Source of the DNA: Pseudogymnoascus verrucosus
Taxonomy: Eukaryota
Reading direction: 5' to 3' (one strand)
DNA: 64,000 nucleotides
NCBI GenBank assembly: GCA_001662655.1
Contig: KV460219.1
Below are positions 11,274 to 24,364 of the stretch, one piece after another. Within the stretch, counting starts at the first letter, position 1. Each line of letters starts with the position of its first letter. Under the pieces are notes generated by a model. It did not search any database. It had not been told where the DNA came from and saw nothing but the letters and a program-made list of their open reading frames with translations. The position numbers were made by a program, and so were the translations under genes.

Positions 11274-11665
11274 GTTGTGACGAGTGGGAGCGATGAGAAT
11301 AGGGGAAATATGAAGACTGCGTGAATATAGCGAGGAGACAAGTTGGATGGTTATTTACTGCATATATTTATTGTGATAGACAGTCTTATAAAATGAGATT
11401 ATTAGCAGCCCCCTATATTCACCACGTTTGTCAGAGTTTCATAGCCACCAGCCCACTAATTAAGTTCCTCATGGTAGATTGATAGAATTTACGAAAAAGA
11501 AAAAATGAGGTCCTATCTCACACATAGACTATTATGAAATCGTTAAAATGCCGTTAAATGGTGTCGTTAAGATGAAACTGGGTGCGAAGCTTGATCTCTT
11601 AGTCGGCATATTGATGTCTTAGGTGGGATGCTCGAAACAGAGGATTTAGTTAGAACGTTTCTTCG

Positions 11666-13414
11666 TTACCGCTGGGCCGGTTGGCTCTCCCCGCTCTCGC
11701 TTCCCGTCGACATCCTTAGCAATGTCGAATTGTCTCCATATGCTACTACTCGGTGGTAATAAGTCTTCACCTATACCGTGATATTAGCGACGAGCTATGG
11801 TAAGTACTAGCTCAGAAAAGTGTTTCGTACCTGGGTTTCCGTCTTGTTAGTCATAAACGTTGCTATCTCGCTCCAATCTGTTCCAAAGTGCCGCAATAAA
11901 GCAGGGAAAATGCTCTGCTCCTGCAGACTCCAATAGCTACTCGTGGGATTCGGATCGGTGTTACGAAAGTCCTTGGAGGGGGGTGTAATCGAAGTTTTAA
12001 TACGAACACGGCGAAATAAAGCCATTTCTTCATCGCCGTCGTCGATAGTTCTCGTCCTCTTCAGCCCAGTTGGCCCTATTTGCTCCCGCTCGACTTCGCC
12101 GGAAGAGAGGGTGTGATCCGTCGTCGAAAAGCTAGATAAAGGTTTAGGCGATATATTAGAGACAAAAGAGTGTCTATAAATCATTTTGCACTTGTGACAT
12201 TCAATGTCCTTGTCCGTTGCAGAATCGCCTTTTAGGGGTTCGCGGCATTTTGGACAATACCAAGTCGAGCGGTAGGTAGAATCGAAAACCAGGCTCATTG
12301 CCACATACTGTCCAGGATAGAAGCACGTTTCCCAAGCCGAGCCAAGATTCACATCTCTATTTGATGCTACATCTGCAATGGCGAATTCGCCCCTTCCGAT
12401 TTTTGCTGCGCCTGTTCCGATGTTCTTAAAATTGTCTTGGAGAACATAGGTAAAAGACTAGACATATTATCTTAGACAAACACTAGCAGACTGAAATATG
12501 GTATAAACGAACCTCTACTGATGTGATGAATTCTAGGAAAAATGGCATTTCCCTTCCTAAAGCGTCAATTAAATACACTGGCTGCTGACGCTCAATCTGC
12601 CCGGGTATTCTAGTAACAATGCTCTGGATATTAAGGACGACCTGGAAGATCCGCACGTTGGTTCTCCTATTACTAAGTTAGAACATAAAGAATATAAATC
12701 ATCTGTTATAAAAACGCACAGGGTTTCTGATGTCATCTCTAGTAACTCTCTCCCCTGCCGTAAGCCACTAAAGATAGATTAGCTGGTGTTGCAAAGAAGC
12801 ACAAGGAGCCCACCTACCTCGAAACATGCTCTAGAACGAGAGATAATCTCTGCATGCACCCAGAATGCAAGTCCTGTACCTTGCCTATTAACGTGCGATG
12901 GTTACCTTCATTCCTCGTGCTACTGATTCTCGTCGCACCCCTAAAATATTAGAACCTTGGCTAGCATAAACATACAAGCAACTCACATTTGCACTGCCAT
13001 TAATAGCATTTCGATACTCTCGGTATGAGCCATCAAATCAGTCTTGAATCTTACTAAGTCCTCCTTCTGGCATAACGCCCATTTGACCTTCCTCCATGCA
13101 TCCTTGATTGTCCTACCACTTCCTCCTGCCCTTAAACTCGGCTGATACTTCGTTATCTTCTCCAAAAATCCATCTATTGTCCTCTGGCACTGTGACGCTG
13201 CCTGCCGCAATGCGATAACCTCTGAGTGCTGCATATCATCTAGTTCGAGTCGTTTTACACGGAGGAGAGCAGTCTCAAGCGTATAAAGCTGTGATATAAG
13301 AGTCTGGTACTCGGTCGAGGAGTTCCCGCTTTCGCGCAAAGCACCAACTACTGTGGATACAAGCTCGACGGCTGCGATAAAATCGCCTGTAGAGAAGCCG
13401 AATCCGACAGACAT
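11666..13414 (-). CDS. Multi-exon chimeric protein: HeLo-like/SesA-type fungal N-terminal domain, fungal ubiquitin-like domain, CxxC/CxxC Zn motif and C-terminal SANT/Myb domain
   Basis: N-terminus MSVGFGFSTGDFIAAVELV..WRKVKWAL is typical of fungal STAND N-terminal domains. Then QQPVYLIDALGREMPFFLEFI..KIGRGEFAI..WETCFYPGQYVAMSLVF, CPKC..CHKC, and SYWSLQEQSIFPALLRHFGTDWSEIATFMTNKTETQ|VKTYY. All introns have canonical splice sites. Confidence 0.8.
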
Positions 13415-13946
13415 GGCAGTTGGCGGCAGGTCAGGATACTGAAGTAGTTTTGCGATTGTAAAGGTCTGTTGTCGGTGAGGCTGTGCGAAGTTCCCTACAC
13501 GAGGCTGGCTGATGGCCTTTGTCAGGCATTAAAGATCATTTTCACGCCTCACCACCCCCAGCCACAGTTTGCATGCAGCTTCACTTTGTTTAATTGGACA
13601 AGTGCCAGTTATGTAAGTTTCCAAGCGATTGACCATCTAACATCTCCATTTATGGTAAAAATGTACGTTTACATCTTTGAACCATGTGCGCTGTCGTATT
13701 ATTGACTAGTACAACTGCTAAGCTATTATATTAAATATTATACGAAATATTATTTGGCACGAGGAAGTAGAATCAATAATTGAGCAAAATGCTTATATCT
13801 AATAATGTTATTGATATGGGTCGGATCCTAACGTATTTTTGCCGTGGATCCCTCAACTACTATTTGTATACCGTCTACCCATCGCATCTGAGCGAATGCC
13901 ATAAATTCTCATAAACATACTGTAGTAATGACTAACACATCCGTTT

Positions 13947-14929
13947 TTATTCCACCTTGTTCTCCTTGCCATCTCCCTTGGGCTTGACATGTTTCCGCAC
14001 AGTCGCCACCATCTTGCTGAACCAGAAGATGCTCAGAGACATGACTACCGTGTGGGTGCACATGAAGGCGACAGCGACCCACCATGGAGCGCGGTGCTCA
14101 AGCGCCAGAGGTGACTCCGAGAGGGAGTAGTCGTATAGCGTGAATGACGGTCTATCTGCTTGAACCGCAGTAAACACGTCGCCGAAGAAGGTGAAGGTCA
14201 TGTAGGAACCCCAGAGCAGGCGACAGGAGGCAAAGGTGACCATGAGCACGATGCCGTTGACCATCTGGATCTTAGACCCAGCCAGACCCATCTTGCCGAG
14301 GAACCAATGGATGTTTACAAATGGCGTTGATAGCTCTACCAGGCCGTACTGGATGCCATAGTATGGACCGAAAGGCCGCTGTGGGGACAATAATGTATTA
14401 GCATGTGATAACACGAGGAAGCCAAGGAAAGGAAAGAGCGAAGACCACGCACGAATCCCAAAATGGAGATGCAGAACCCGACAACAGCGTGAAGCAGGTC
14501 CAAAGCACCTAGTGTGCTGGCGTTGGAAGCGCAAGTACCCAGGTCCCACATAAAGTAACCGGCGGTGAGAGCATGCACGAGCCCGCCGGCACCCGTGTAT
14601 CCCCATATCCGGTCCTCCCAGGTGGCATTGGCACGTTCCTGGTCAGCCAGGATCACGTATGTCAAGGCGATGGAGAGAAAAGTCGAATTTACAAAGGATG
14701 TGACGTGCATGTCCCATTGAAGCTGTGTCCGCCGGGGTAGGCCACGGTATGTGGCTGGAAACAGACGCGCAGACAGGAACGGTGCTAACACGGAGTTGAC
14801 GGTCGTGTAGAATACGAAACCGAAGAGCACCTCGTGCGCGTGGAGCGGGAGAGTGTTGAGGTGTAGTAGTTCGCACATAGGCTCGAGGGCTGTGCGAAGC
14901 CATAGCGGCGGAGCGAAAGGGTCTAACAT
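13947..14929 (-). CDS. TLC (TRAM/LAG1/CLN8) domain membrane protein, TMEM56/Tda4-like, 2 exons
   Basis: Motifs LPLHAHEVL, WDMHVTSFV, WEDRIWGYTG, GYFMWDL, ELSTPFVNIHWF and RLLWG; multiple TM helices; one intron at about 14379-14452. Confidence 0.88.
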
Positions 14930-15753
14930 CGCGTTCTGTATAGTGTTTCTGTTGTTGTAAGAATAAAGATGTGAAGGCTGGGAGATTAGGTTTCCCGTCC
15001 AGCCACGATCGTCGATTTAGGGATTTGCGACAGGGGTAGTTGACTGGTAAAAGCCTAACTGAACTTCATTTACGCGCTAAATTTTGTTGAAAACCCCTGG
15101 ATCAGGGGCCGCAATCTGTTATCATTGATTGTTTGAATATGGGGTTTCACAAAAGAACAAAGCACGTGATCCAGGCTATACTATGACCGAGACCCCTACA
15201 AAGAGGTTGTGATCACCTCCCAAGGAATACTCGTCATATATCTCTAAAGGCCTATACTTTCTTCTCCGCCCAGAGTTGGAGATTACATGTAGTGTCAGAT
15301 TCCTAGTCTCATTAGCGACGCTGTTGATCGGAAGTTTCGATAGCTAATACTGAGCCATGATAGTCGGTGAATGAATTATCACGACACCGAATTCGTTGTT
15401 GCATCCAATGGACCAAGCCGTTGTTTTCCCTTTAAGGTCGAGGCTGTCAGACGGAGAGTTATTATGCCTGTCTGCCGCCAAGAATGTGGATCAAAGATCC
15501 CGACGCAACCCCGCTTCTACTGTCACGGAAGAATGACAGTTGTACAAAAAATTGAAACGACTCTGTTGAGCTATAAATCACCTTTATTCTTGTCCAGGCC
15601 ATAAAGGTGTACTACCGCCGTTGTCGCCGATTATCGTGACTGCGTTGGCTCTTCATAATTTCTCAGGTGCTACATCAGACTCCGCTCTAACGACGCCGAC
15701 TCCGCTGGCTGGAACCTACTCCGCATTTTGTATACAGGCAATTTCCTTACAAC

Positions 15754-18581
15754 ATGGTGTCTCTTCAAGCTGGTCACGATACTAGACCTCCGGCCGATGC
15801 ATGTAAGATCCACTTTCCCGCATATATTTCATGATATAGAATGGTCAACGTGCATTGCAAAATATGGATGGGTATCTCTCCCAATTCCGAGAATATCATA
15901 CCATTATTTATCATTGGCACCGGGGGCGGGCTGAACTAAGTATATTAAGAGAGTATCTTCGATTTTGTTTTACTCGCAATCGAATACTGATATGTCAATC
16001 AATTTCAGACGAGCATATGATAACTACGTTGTTGCCCATGGACCCAGACCTTGAGATCGAACAACAGACTAGTCAGACCTGGCAGATACAGGACTGGAAG
16101 AAACTGGAAAAGAGAGTATATTGGCCAACCTTCGAATGTGGTGGATCAACATGGTGCGTCATAAATATTACATCCTGATTTGAGCTATGATCATTTATCT
16201 AACTATGCACAGGCGAGTACTAATGTATCCGTCGGGAAACAATGTGGAATTCGTGTCGATGTATCTTGAAGCTGGGCCCAAAATAGACAAAGAAGAAGAC
16301 GATTGGTATGCCTGTGCCGAGTTTGCAATAGTCCTGTGGAACCCGAGCCAGCCATCGAAATATGTTTCAAATGGTAAGCCTCTTCCCATGGCTCGCTATG
16401 ACAAGTTTCATTTGCCTGACGCATATCCAGTTGCCAAGCACCGTTTCCACACGGCGGAAAAAGATTGGGGGTTTACAAGATTCTCACAACTGAAGAGTCT
16501 ATTTGGGGAGCCCGGGGGAGACCCCGAGTCGTTCCTCCTGCAGAACGGAGAAGCCAACATTACGGCCTATGTCCGCGTCTACAAGGACCCTACTGGGGTA
16601 TTGTGGGAAAATTTCTTGAAGTACGTGCACTGTAATGTTACCAGAATCGTTCTGACTTAATATCTAGCTATGACTCAAAGAAGGCGACTGGAATGGTTGG
16701 CTTAAGAAACCAGGGCTCAACCGGCTATCTCAATGTGGTTTTGCAAGCGCTATACTTCATAACTGCCATCCGCAAGGTATACTTTATCACATAATATGAT
16801 CTTTCTTGGGAACTAAACAATATAACTAGGTTGTGTATGAGATACCAACACGGGAGGGTGCAACGACCGACGTGGCGTGGGCACTTCAGCGTCTGTTCTA
16901 CTCTTTACAGACAAGTGAGACGTTTGCTACGACGAAAGAACTCACCAATTCATTTGGCTGGAGCCCAATGATGGTCTTTCAACAGCAAGATGTTGTAGAG
17001 ATGCTTCAAATACTAATATCTCAGCTCATGACAAGGGCAGAAGGGACCCGATCAGAAGACTTGCTGCTAGATCTATTCATAGGCAGGCAACGGTTTTTAA
17101 CATCTAGCGCCAACGATGACCGTGTGACTTCCCGATCTGAAGATCTTTATATTCTATCATTGAACATCCATGGCCAGCGGACTCTCCAAGAAAGCTTAGC
17201 AGAATATGTGAAAGTTGACACATTTAATGCAGGAGCGCAAGATGGACCCCAAGAGATGAAACGCGGCATGATTGTCGACAAGTTCCCACCCATTCTTCAT
17301 CTCCAGTTAAAGCGATTCCAGTACGATATCAGCGAAGATGCCATGGTAAAACTTGACGACTTCTTCGAGTTTCCAGACGAGATAGACCTCAGTCCGTACC
17401 TTGCTGCCAATGCCGACCGATCGGAACCATGGACATATGTTATCTATGGTGTTGTTGCACACAGTGGTGGAATAGCCGGAGGGCAGTACAGTGCGTTCTT
17501 GCGACCGGCCAAAGATGGCCAGTTTTACAAGTTTGATGATGAGAGGGTTACAAAAGCGACATTGAAAGAGGCAATCCACAATAACTTCGGAACAGAAGAT
17601 GGACAGCCATCTAAGAAGCCTACCGCATACTTGCTGATATATATTCGGAAGTCGAGGTTAGGTGACCTGCTTGGAAATTTCACAAAGGATGACGTGCCAC
17701 AACGTATCAGTATGGAGCATCTGAAGCTTTGAGATCGGAAGATGCTAACTGAGACGAAGTGCAAGAACTGACCATAGAAAGCGCGGAAAAGGCCCGTAAA
17801 GCAGAAGAAGAAGAAAAACGGCAGCTCTACGTGGAAATCAGCCTCATTTCAGATGAGACATTTCAACACCACCGCGGCCTCGACTTGTCGACCACCATCT
17901 CAAGCCCAACTGACCTTGCTTCTCCCAAGGCGTATAGTATTCTTGGTGCCGCGACGCTTGCCGAGTTTATCTTGAAGATTGCCGCAGAGAAAGGATTGAA
18001 GTCTAAGAAGATCCGATTCTGGTTGATGGCGAACCGTCAAAATAAGACGATTAGGCCGCAGTACCCTCTCGAAAACCACACTGAGACTTTTGACCAGATC
18101 ATAAAGAAACAGAATATCAACGATCGTAAAATTCGCTTGTATGCCGAGGAAATGGAACCGGAGAAATCCATTTGGCCTCTGAGAGAGGGTTTGAATGGCG
18201 AAATTTTACTATTCCTGAAGCACTATAATCCACTGCAGGAACAGGTACTAGAAGAGCCGATGAGAGGGGTCTGCCATATCTACGTCCGCAAGAATGACAA
18301 AGCTAGCGAACTGTCTGCGCGCATTAATAGGATAATGAATTGGCCGGCCGCGGTGCAAATGATACTATTCGAGGTATTTGTTTGAATCCAAATGCAACGT
18401 CGAAATGCTAATATGCGTTTAATAGGAAATAAAACCAGGGATGACCACGATGATGGATCCCTCTGAAACCTTCCAAGGCTTGGAACTTCAGGACGGGGAT
18501 ATCGTTCGGTTCCAGAGGACTACTGAGTCATTGATACTGTCTTCATCACTGGCCGACAATGTGGCTGAGATCCGTATTTAA
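15754..18581 (+). CDS. USP7/Ubp15-like protein (MATH + USP domain + partial UBL region); catalytic Cys and His substituted, C-terminally truncated
   Basis: MATH domain: FECGGSTW|RVLMYPSGNNVEFVSMYLE..DWGFTRF. Cys box reads GMVGLRNQGSTGYLN and His box reads GVVAHSGGIAGGQYSAFLRP..FYKFDDERV. The UBL region ends ELQDGDIVRFQ. The frame stays open across all canonical introns I traced. Confidence 0.9.
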
Positions 18582-18830
18582 GTACAGGCCGCTGCATTTT
18601 ACCGTTCGATTATTATATTTCATATAACACGGGTTTAAATGTTATGTAACCTCTATATACTACTCACTGATTGAAGATACACCGAAGCCGCTCTCAATGC
18701 TACGCACCCTCTAATTGACAAAAAGTCCCCTAAAATCTAAGCGCAGCACTTCCGCAAGAAGAAGAACGTGAAGAAGTATGGCCTTGATCTGATTTACGCT
18801 TGAGATCTGCTGCTAACCTGTCTGTTTCCT

Positions 18831-20997
18831 TCAATTGTTTCCCCATACCCCGTGGAAACCAAAACCAGCAACAAGTGGCATCCTATGTAAAGGATTAGTA
18901 GGTAATACGTAATACGGGGTGCTGGAATGGACACTTACTCGGCGCGTGCAATCTCCTTCATGTTCTTTGCGTCAATTACAACTAGAACACTTTGTTTGCG
19001 ATTGGCATCAAGTGCCATAGTTAGGAGAACACCGTCATCCTCGCATGTACCTTTTGGGTTGGCAACAAAGACTGGCTCGGAGGGCAGATGGGGTGTGCGG
19101 GGCTTCCAGATAGTTGTCCGTCTTGTGTGTGTATCAACTTTTACGAGGGAATCGGTGAAGAATCCTCGCTCCTTGATGTGGATCCCATAACTAAAGAAGT
19201 CAAGGTTAGCAATGGCCCTAAAAGAAAATTAAATAATTTCACTTACGCATAACGGTAGGGCTTTCCATGGTACGCTTGGTTGAGGCGAGGTAGCTCGATG
19301 TTCCCAGACTTGAAGTCCAATTCAAAGTCGGTAACAGCTGGGCGGGTGATCAACGTGCCATTTGCTAGAGTTCCATGTGCGTAATCTTGAAGCCTGAAGC
19401 GGCGGAAGGTACCTGCAAGGTCATGAGGCGCAGTGGCGTTGTGATGACCAACATATGTACGAAGATTCTTGATCCGAGCGGCTTCAAGGAACGCGTTGGT
19501 CTTCATGACAGGAAGGTCAATGACGATAGACCCATCACTATCCTCAAACGAGTTGATCTATATTCAGTGAGCCATTATCTTTGCCATTGCAGTGATGAAT
19601 GCGATTTACCTCGTGGAATGCAAAAAATGTTTCCGAAGTGTATTTTGCTACAACTCCACCTTTGACTTTGTCGATAACGTCTAGAATAATATTAGCTGGA
19701 AATTAGAATAGGATTTCTGTTTTGGACTCACAAAACAGTGTTTTCCGTTCTGGGTCCCAATCTTTTATGTTGTCCAAGACGTTGTAGTAAGGCTTTGATG
19801 TAACTTTTCCAAAGTCGGATTGCCAGACAATGAGAATGACATAGTTTGCGGTGCTGAACATGGAGTGGATATATGCCGCCGGAGCATCGGTGATAGTTGC
19901 CAAGATGTTACCCTTCCCCGAGGAATTGATTTCAAATACGTTATACTCAGGAGGCGTCACCTCGGTATTCAACATGTAGTTGTAAAGCTCGCCAGACTTG
20001 CCACTAAAAGGGTTAAAGTTAACAAGGGCTGTTTATTAGGTGGCGCCAAGATACGAGTTAGTACATACTGAGCAGGATGCGCACAGGTCTTATCGCCTGT
20101 GATGTTGGTGCTTGTTGCTTGGTAAGTAAACAGTTCAATAGGCTCGAGAGAGACAGGATCTAGTTGCTGGAGAGTACTACCCAGGGGTTAACATCGAAAT
20201 ACTCAAAAAAAGGCCAAGTGCGATGCTTACTTTCCATCTGTGGTCTTAACCAGTGTCACAAATGGCCCGTGTTCAGTCCCTGATACGTTTCTATCCAACC
20301 CTGGGAAATTGGTAATGAAAGATACGGTGACACTGTCAGTGCTGGCATCGCCGACAGGGTTAACCCCATCGCGGTAAGTAGCTATAGCCAGAAGTTAGGC
20401 TCGATACTTTACGAGTATAAAAGCAGCACGTACTCTGAAAGGCACCAAAGATAACTTTGCATGGATCGCCCCCGAAAGATCCACCGGGAAAGAGTCCCGT
20501 TTCCCTGACAACTAAGCAAGTTAGGTCTGAAGCTCTTGGAATTTTGGAACAGACTTACAGTCTTGGAGTTCGTCAGATGCATTGCGGCTATGATAACTGA
20601 CTTTGCCATCTGAAACCTCAAAACGATGGTTTCGACTGAACCCATCAAACCAATGTTCTGCCGTGTAGTTTCCATTATCCCATGTGGCTGCTGCCCCACG
20701 ATACAACGACCCGCTATGGTATGTAAGCTATAAAATCAATTTTAAAAATGGTGCAGAACGTACGAGACCCAGCGAGGAATCTAATAGATGTTAGTATCTT
20801 TAGTATGTTCTTACAGAAACAAAATGATTGAACCTTACCTTTCCTTTAACCTTCAGGTTGACCGACTGCCTTATTTCTGGCGTTCCAAAAAATCCAAGGG
20901 TGAAGGGGTTTGCTGGCGAGTGTTGATGTAGATCAACTGCAGTGCCACTTATTCCCAAGGCAATGGAGGACAATATCAGGAAGGTAGATGTAACCAT
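18831..20997 (-). CDS. Carotenoid cleavage oxygenase (RPE65/CCD family) with an N-terminal hydrophobic, signal-peptide-like segment; multi-exon
   Basis: Motifs HWFDG, ELPRLN and PSEPVFV..EDDGVLL. All four Fe-ligand His motifs are present: TCAHP, YIHSM, FAFHE and GFGFHG. Ends WGNN*. Confidence 0.9.
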
Positions 20998-21865
20998 GAT
21001 GGCGGGTGCAACGATGATACTAGATATCCGTGGTTCAAGAAAGGGCAGTGGAAACCAATTGAGCAACTGATTGTGGCGACTAAAAAAATACTGGGAATTG
21101 CCTTCACATTTATATGTATCGGGGGACTTCCCCAATTTGAAGCCCACTCCGTATAATACTAGACGTTGGCTTGAATGATGCCTCTGGTCTCATATTGACC
21201 TGACCGCCTTTGTCATTAAGCTGTCGCATAATGATTCTCAAAACGTATGTGAACTGCGTTATTGTGATGGCGGAGTAGTAAGACCTATTGTTAATCAAGT
21301 AATTTACCAAGTCATAGTTTCCTTTTAGAAGCCAAGGCGTTTTATGGTTTGGTTGTTTATACGGCTGGGGTGGAAAGCGTTAGTGTGCTAGGCCCGATTA
21401 GGGAAGTTACCATTCTGTCAACGAAGATCGGCTGGTAAGCGCGCAGGATCCAACGAATTGAAAGATTCCAGCTAAGCCACGAAGGGTCAAGTTGCTCCGC
21501 TGGGGAAGGGATGATTCACAACACATCAACACAGCCTTCCGTCGCCAAGAAAATATTAAGAATCAACATCATCCCGACCATGCACTAGACGCGCGTAATG
21601 GCTCTCCTTGAGTACTAGACGGGTACTCTGAGCCAAAATAATGACCAGCCTCAATTCTGATCTAACGTCACAAATACCGGAGTTTCCTTTCGTCTGGGAT
21701 TAGCGCACAGACAAGGTGTCTCGATGTTACGCAAGCTTACGAATGGCCAGGCTCCCATTTGAAGATATAACGGATGGTGAATCAAGTCTTAAAGTAGTAA
21801 CATACCAACCTCCTGTCTGTCACTGGTAATATCCGAATATAAGCCGGGTACCATTCGGCACCACG

Positions 21866-23437
21866 ATGTCCTCCAGCGCCAGAGCTGCTACCAAAGGAAA
21901 GGAGACGCGGATTCGGAAATCACTTGGGAAGTCCCAGCGGGCATGCTCAGCTTGCCTGAAAAAGCACACAAAGGTAGTTATAACCAGCCGCCGGAATCCA
22001 CGGCGAAATCTATCATACTAGCGGTGCGTTCCACTCAAATTTCATGCTTATGCTAAGTACCAGCGTTTAGTGCGATGAATCCCGCCCCCAGTGTTTAAAA
22101 TGCATCAAGTACTCGCGGGTATGTACTTACGGCGAAACGGATCCTTCGAAAGAATGGCAGCGGAATATTCTTACTTTTAATACGCGCGATCTTTCGGGTG
22201 AATCGAGCAAAAAGGCTTCCGAGAAATCAAAACATGGTACTCACTCAACCACTGACAGCGATTCTTCGGAAGCTACAACAGTCAGTAGACGACAAGAAAC
22301 ATCCTGTGTACCTCGTGGCGTCCCTGCGCTGGCTGGAGAAGGATACAGTGGACGGGATGTTCAAGCCTTGTCTCATTTTGCCGCTGTAACTGCCGGAGAC
22401 CTTATTGGCGGCGAGCGGATTTGGACCCAAGAGGGCATACAGCTCGCATTCACAGTATGAAATTGTGTGTTCCAGTATAATATGACAGCTAACACTAATA
22501 ATAGAATGATTTCCTCATGCACGCCATCCTTATGACAGGTACTTCACATCTTCAACGCCTCAACCCAGAAACCCATCAGGATTATAACGCCCTATCAACC
22601 AAGCACCTCCACCACTCCCTTCGCGCCTTTCGGATTGCACTCAGCAGCCCCACCTACGTGGCGAACAATTTCGAAGCCGTTGTAGCCACCACCATGCTCT
22701 TCATGATGCAGGCGTACAACAACCCAATTTTCGATCCAGAGAACCCCAGCGTCGATGCCTTGCTCCAACACTGCAGCGGACTCTTTGATATCATTCGGTT
22801 CCATCCTAACCAGGCACCCTTTACCATTTTTCAGCCAATTTGCTTGCCCAGACTCGTTCGTGCTGCAATGCCAGACTCTGGCCCGGCTCGTGGCCTGGTC
22901 GAAATGATTGAGAGTCATGCTCTGGACTATGGCATTCCAGATCCTAATGGAAAGTTTTACATGGGGGTTATTAAAAGCTTAGCGCCTGTTATAGACGCTG
23001 TGATATCGCGGCCACCATTTGGAGGGGCACCGCCAAACGCACTGCTGCTCTACTTTGTTCGTTGGCTCGCATTTCTACCCACCGAGTTTGTCATGCTAGT
23101 CAACTCTTACGATCCGAAGGCCCTGATTATCATGGCCCATTATTATGCGGTAGTGGCATTTGTCTTGTCGAATTGGAAGAACGGGTGGTGGTGGCTGCGA
23201 GATCGGCCGGAGTATATGATTAAGAATATAGCGGCGTTTGTGGATTCTCGTGGATGGGGAGTTTGGATGAAATGGCCATTACTGTTGCTACAATTTTGCC
23301 AAAAGAGCGATGGAAGCTTGGGGCAATGGTCCTCTTTGAGCAAGACCCATTCTGATGATACTGGTGCGGCTGAAACGGAGATGGGAATATTGGCTACGGT
23401 GGAGAGGCACGCGAGAAAGATCGCGGCTGAGGAGTGA
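21866..23437 (+). CDS. Zn(II)2Cys6 transcription factor (Upc2/Ecm22-like C-terminal region), 3 exons
   Basis: After splicing: CSACLKKHTK|CDESRPQCLKCIKYSRVC. C-terminal motifs FLMHAIL and PKALIIMAHYY..WGVWMKWP. Confidence 0.88.
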
Positions 23438-24364
23438 TCATATACGCCTTTCCGTTGCATCCCACACACATTTCATGATCACTTATCCGTATGGATTTGA
23501 ATATATAAACACCGAAATAAAGAGATGGTAAAGGAGCTAATCTAGATGTTAGAGTAACAAGATCAGAGCTGGTGCTCAAATCCAGAGATACGAAAGGATC
23601 TAGAGAAAAGGTGTTGGCATATAAATAGGTCGCGTGGTCTAATGGTTATGACGTTTCGCTCACAAAGTATCATAAAATATGATATCCGAAAAGGTTCCGA
23701 GTTCGATCCTCGGCGTGACCTCGAAATAAATCTTTTGGCAACATGAATATCAGAAACAACTACAGTGCTTCCGATAGAGAGACTAACGTACAGAGACTCT
23801 ATCGTGGTGGTGTCCAGAAACGTGAGAGCAGAGTAGGAATTAAATAACAAGATTTATATCAAATATATTTTTACATCTAATTTACCGTATAAACGTGTGT
23901 ACCTTTTTGCTTTGAGCGAATTGAACTCCTGGTCTAACTGTAAACGAATCGAATAGGACGATCTGACGACGACGAGCATTTCAACAATCCCATATTAAGG
24001 TCAGCTATGTGTTCCTGATGTTACATGATAAAGGATCGCGGGTCGACCCGACTTACCCCACCATGTAAGACCTACTATCACAATGAACCAAACACCGATG
24101 GAACCATCCCGACCCCCCATTAAGGAAGGTAGAAATGGTATTCCTTTGGCATTGAGACATAGCGTGAGCCCCTACAGCTAGTTGTCCGTCCCGGCATTTG
24201 GGAATGTCTTCCGGGCCTCCGGGTTATAACGAGTCTATCGTCACCAATAATATGCTTTATCCTCAGCTTACGACCCTGACTATATAAGAATCAGCTCTGT
24301 CCGCACGCCTGCATCACACAATCATCAGGAGTGAAAACAGCAATATCCCCTATAAACAGCAACA

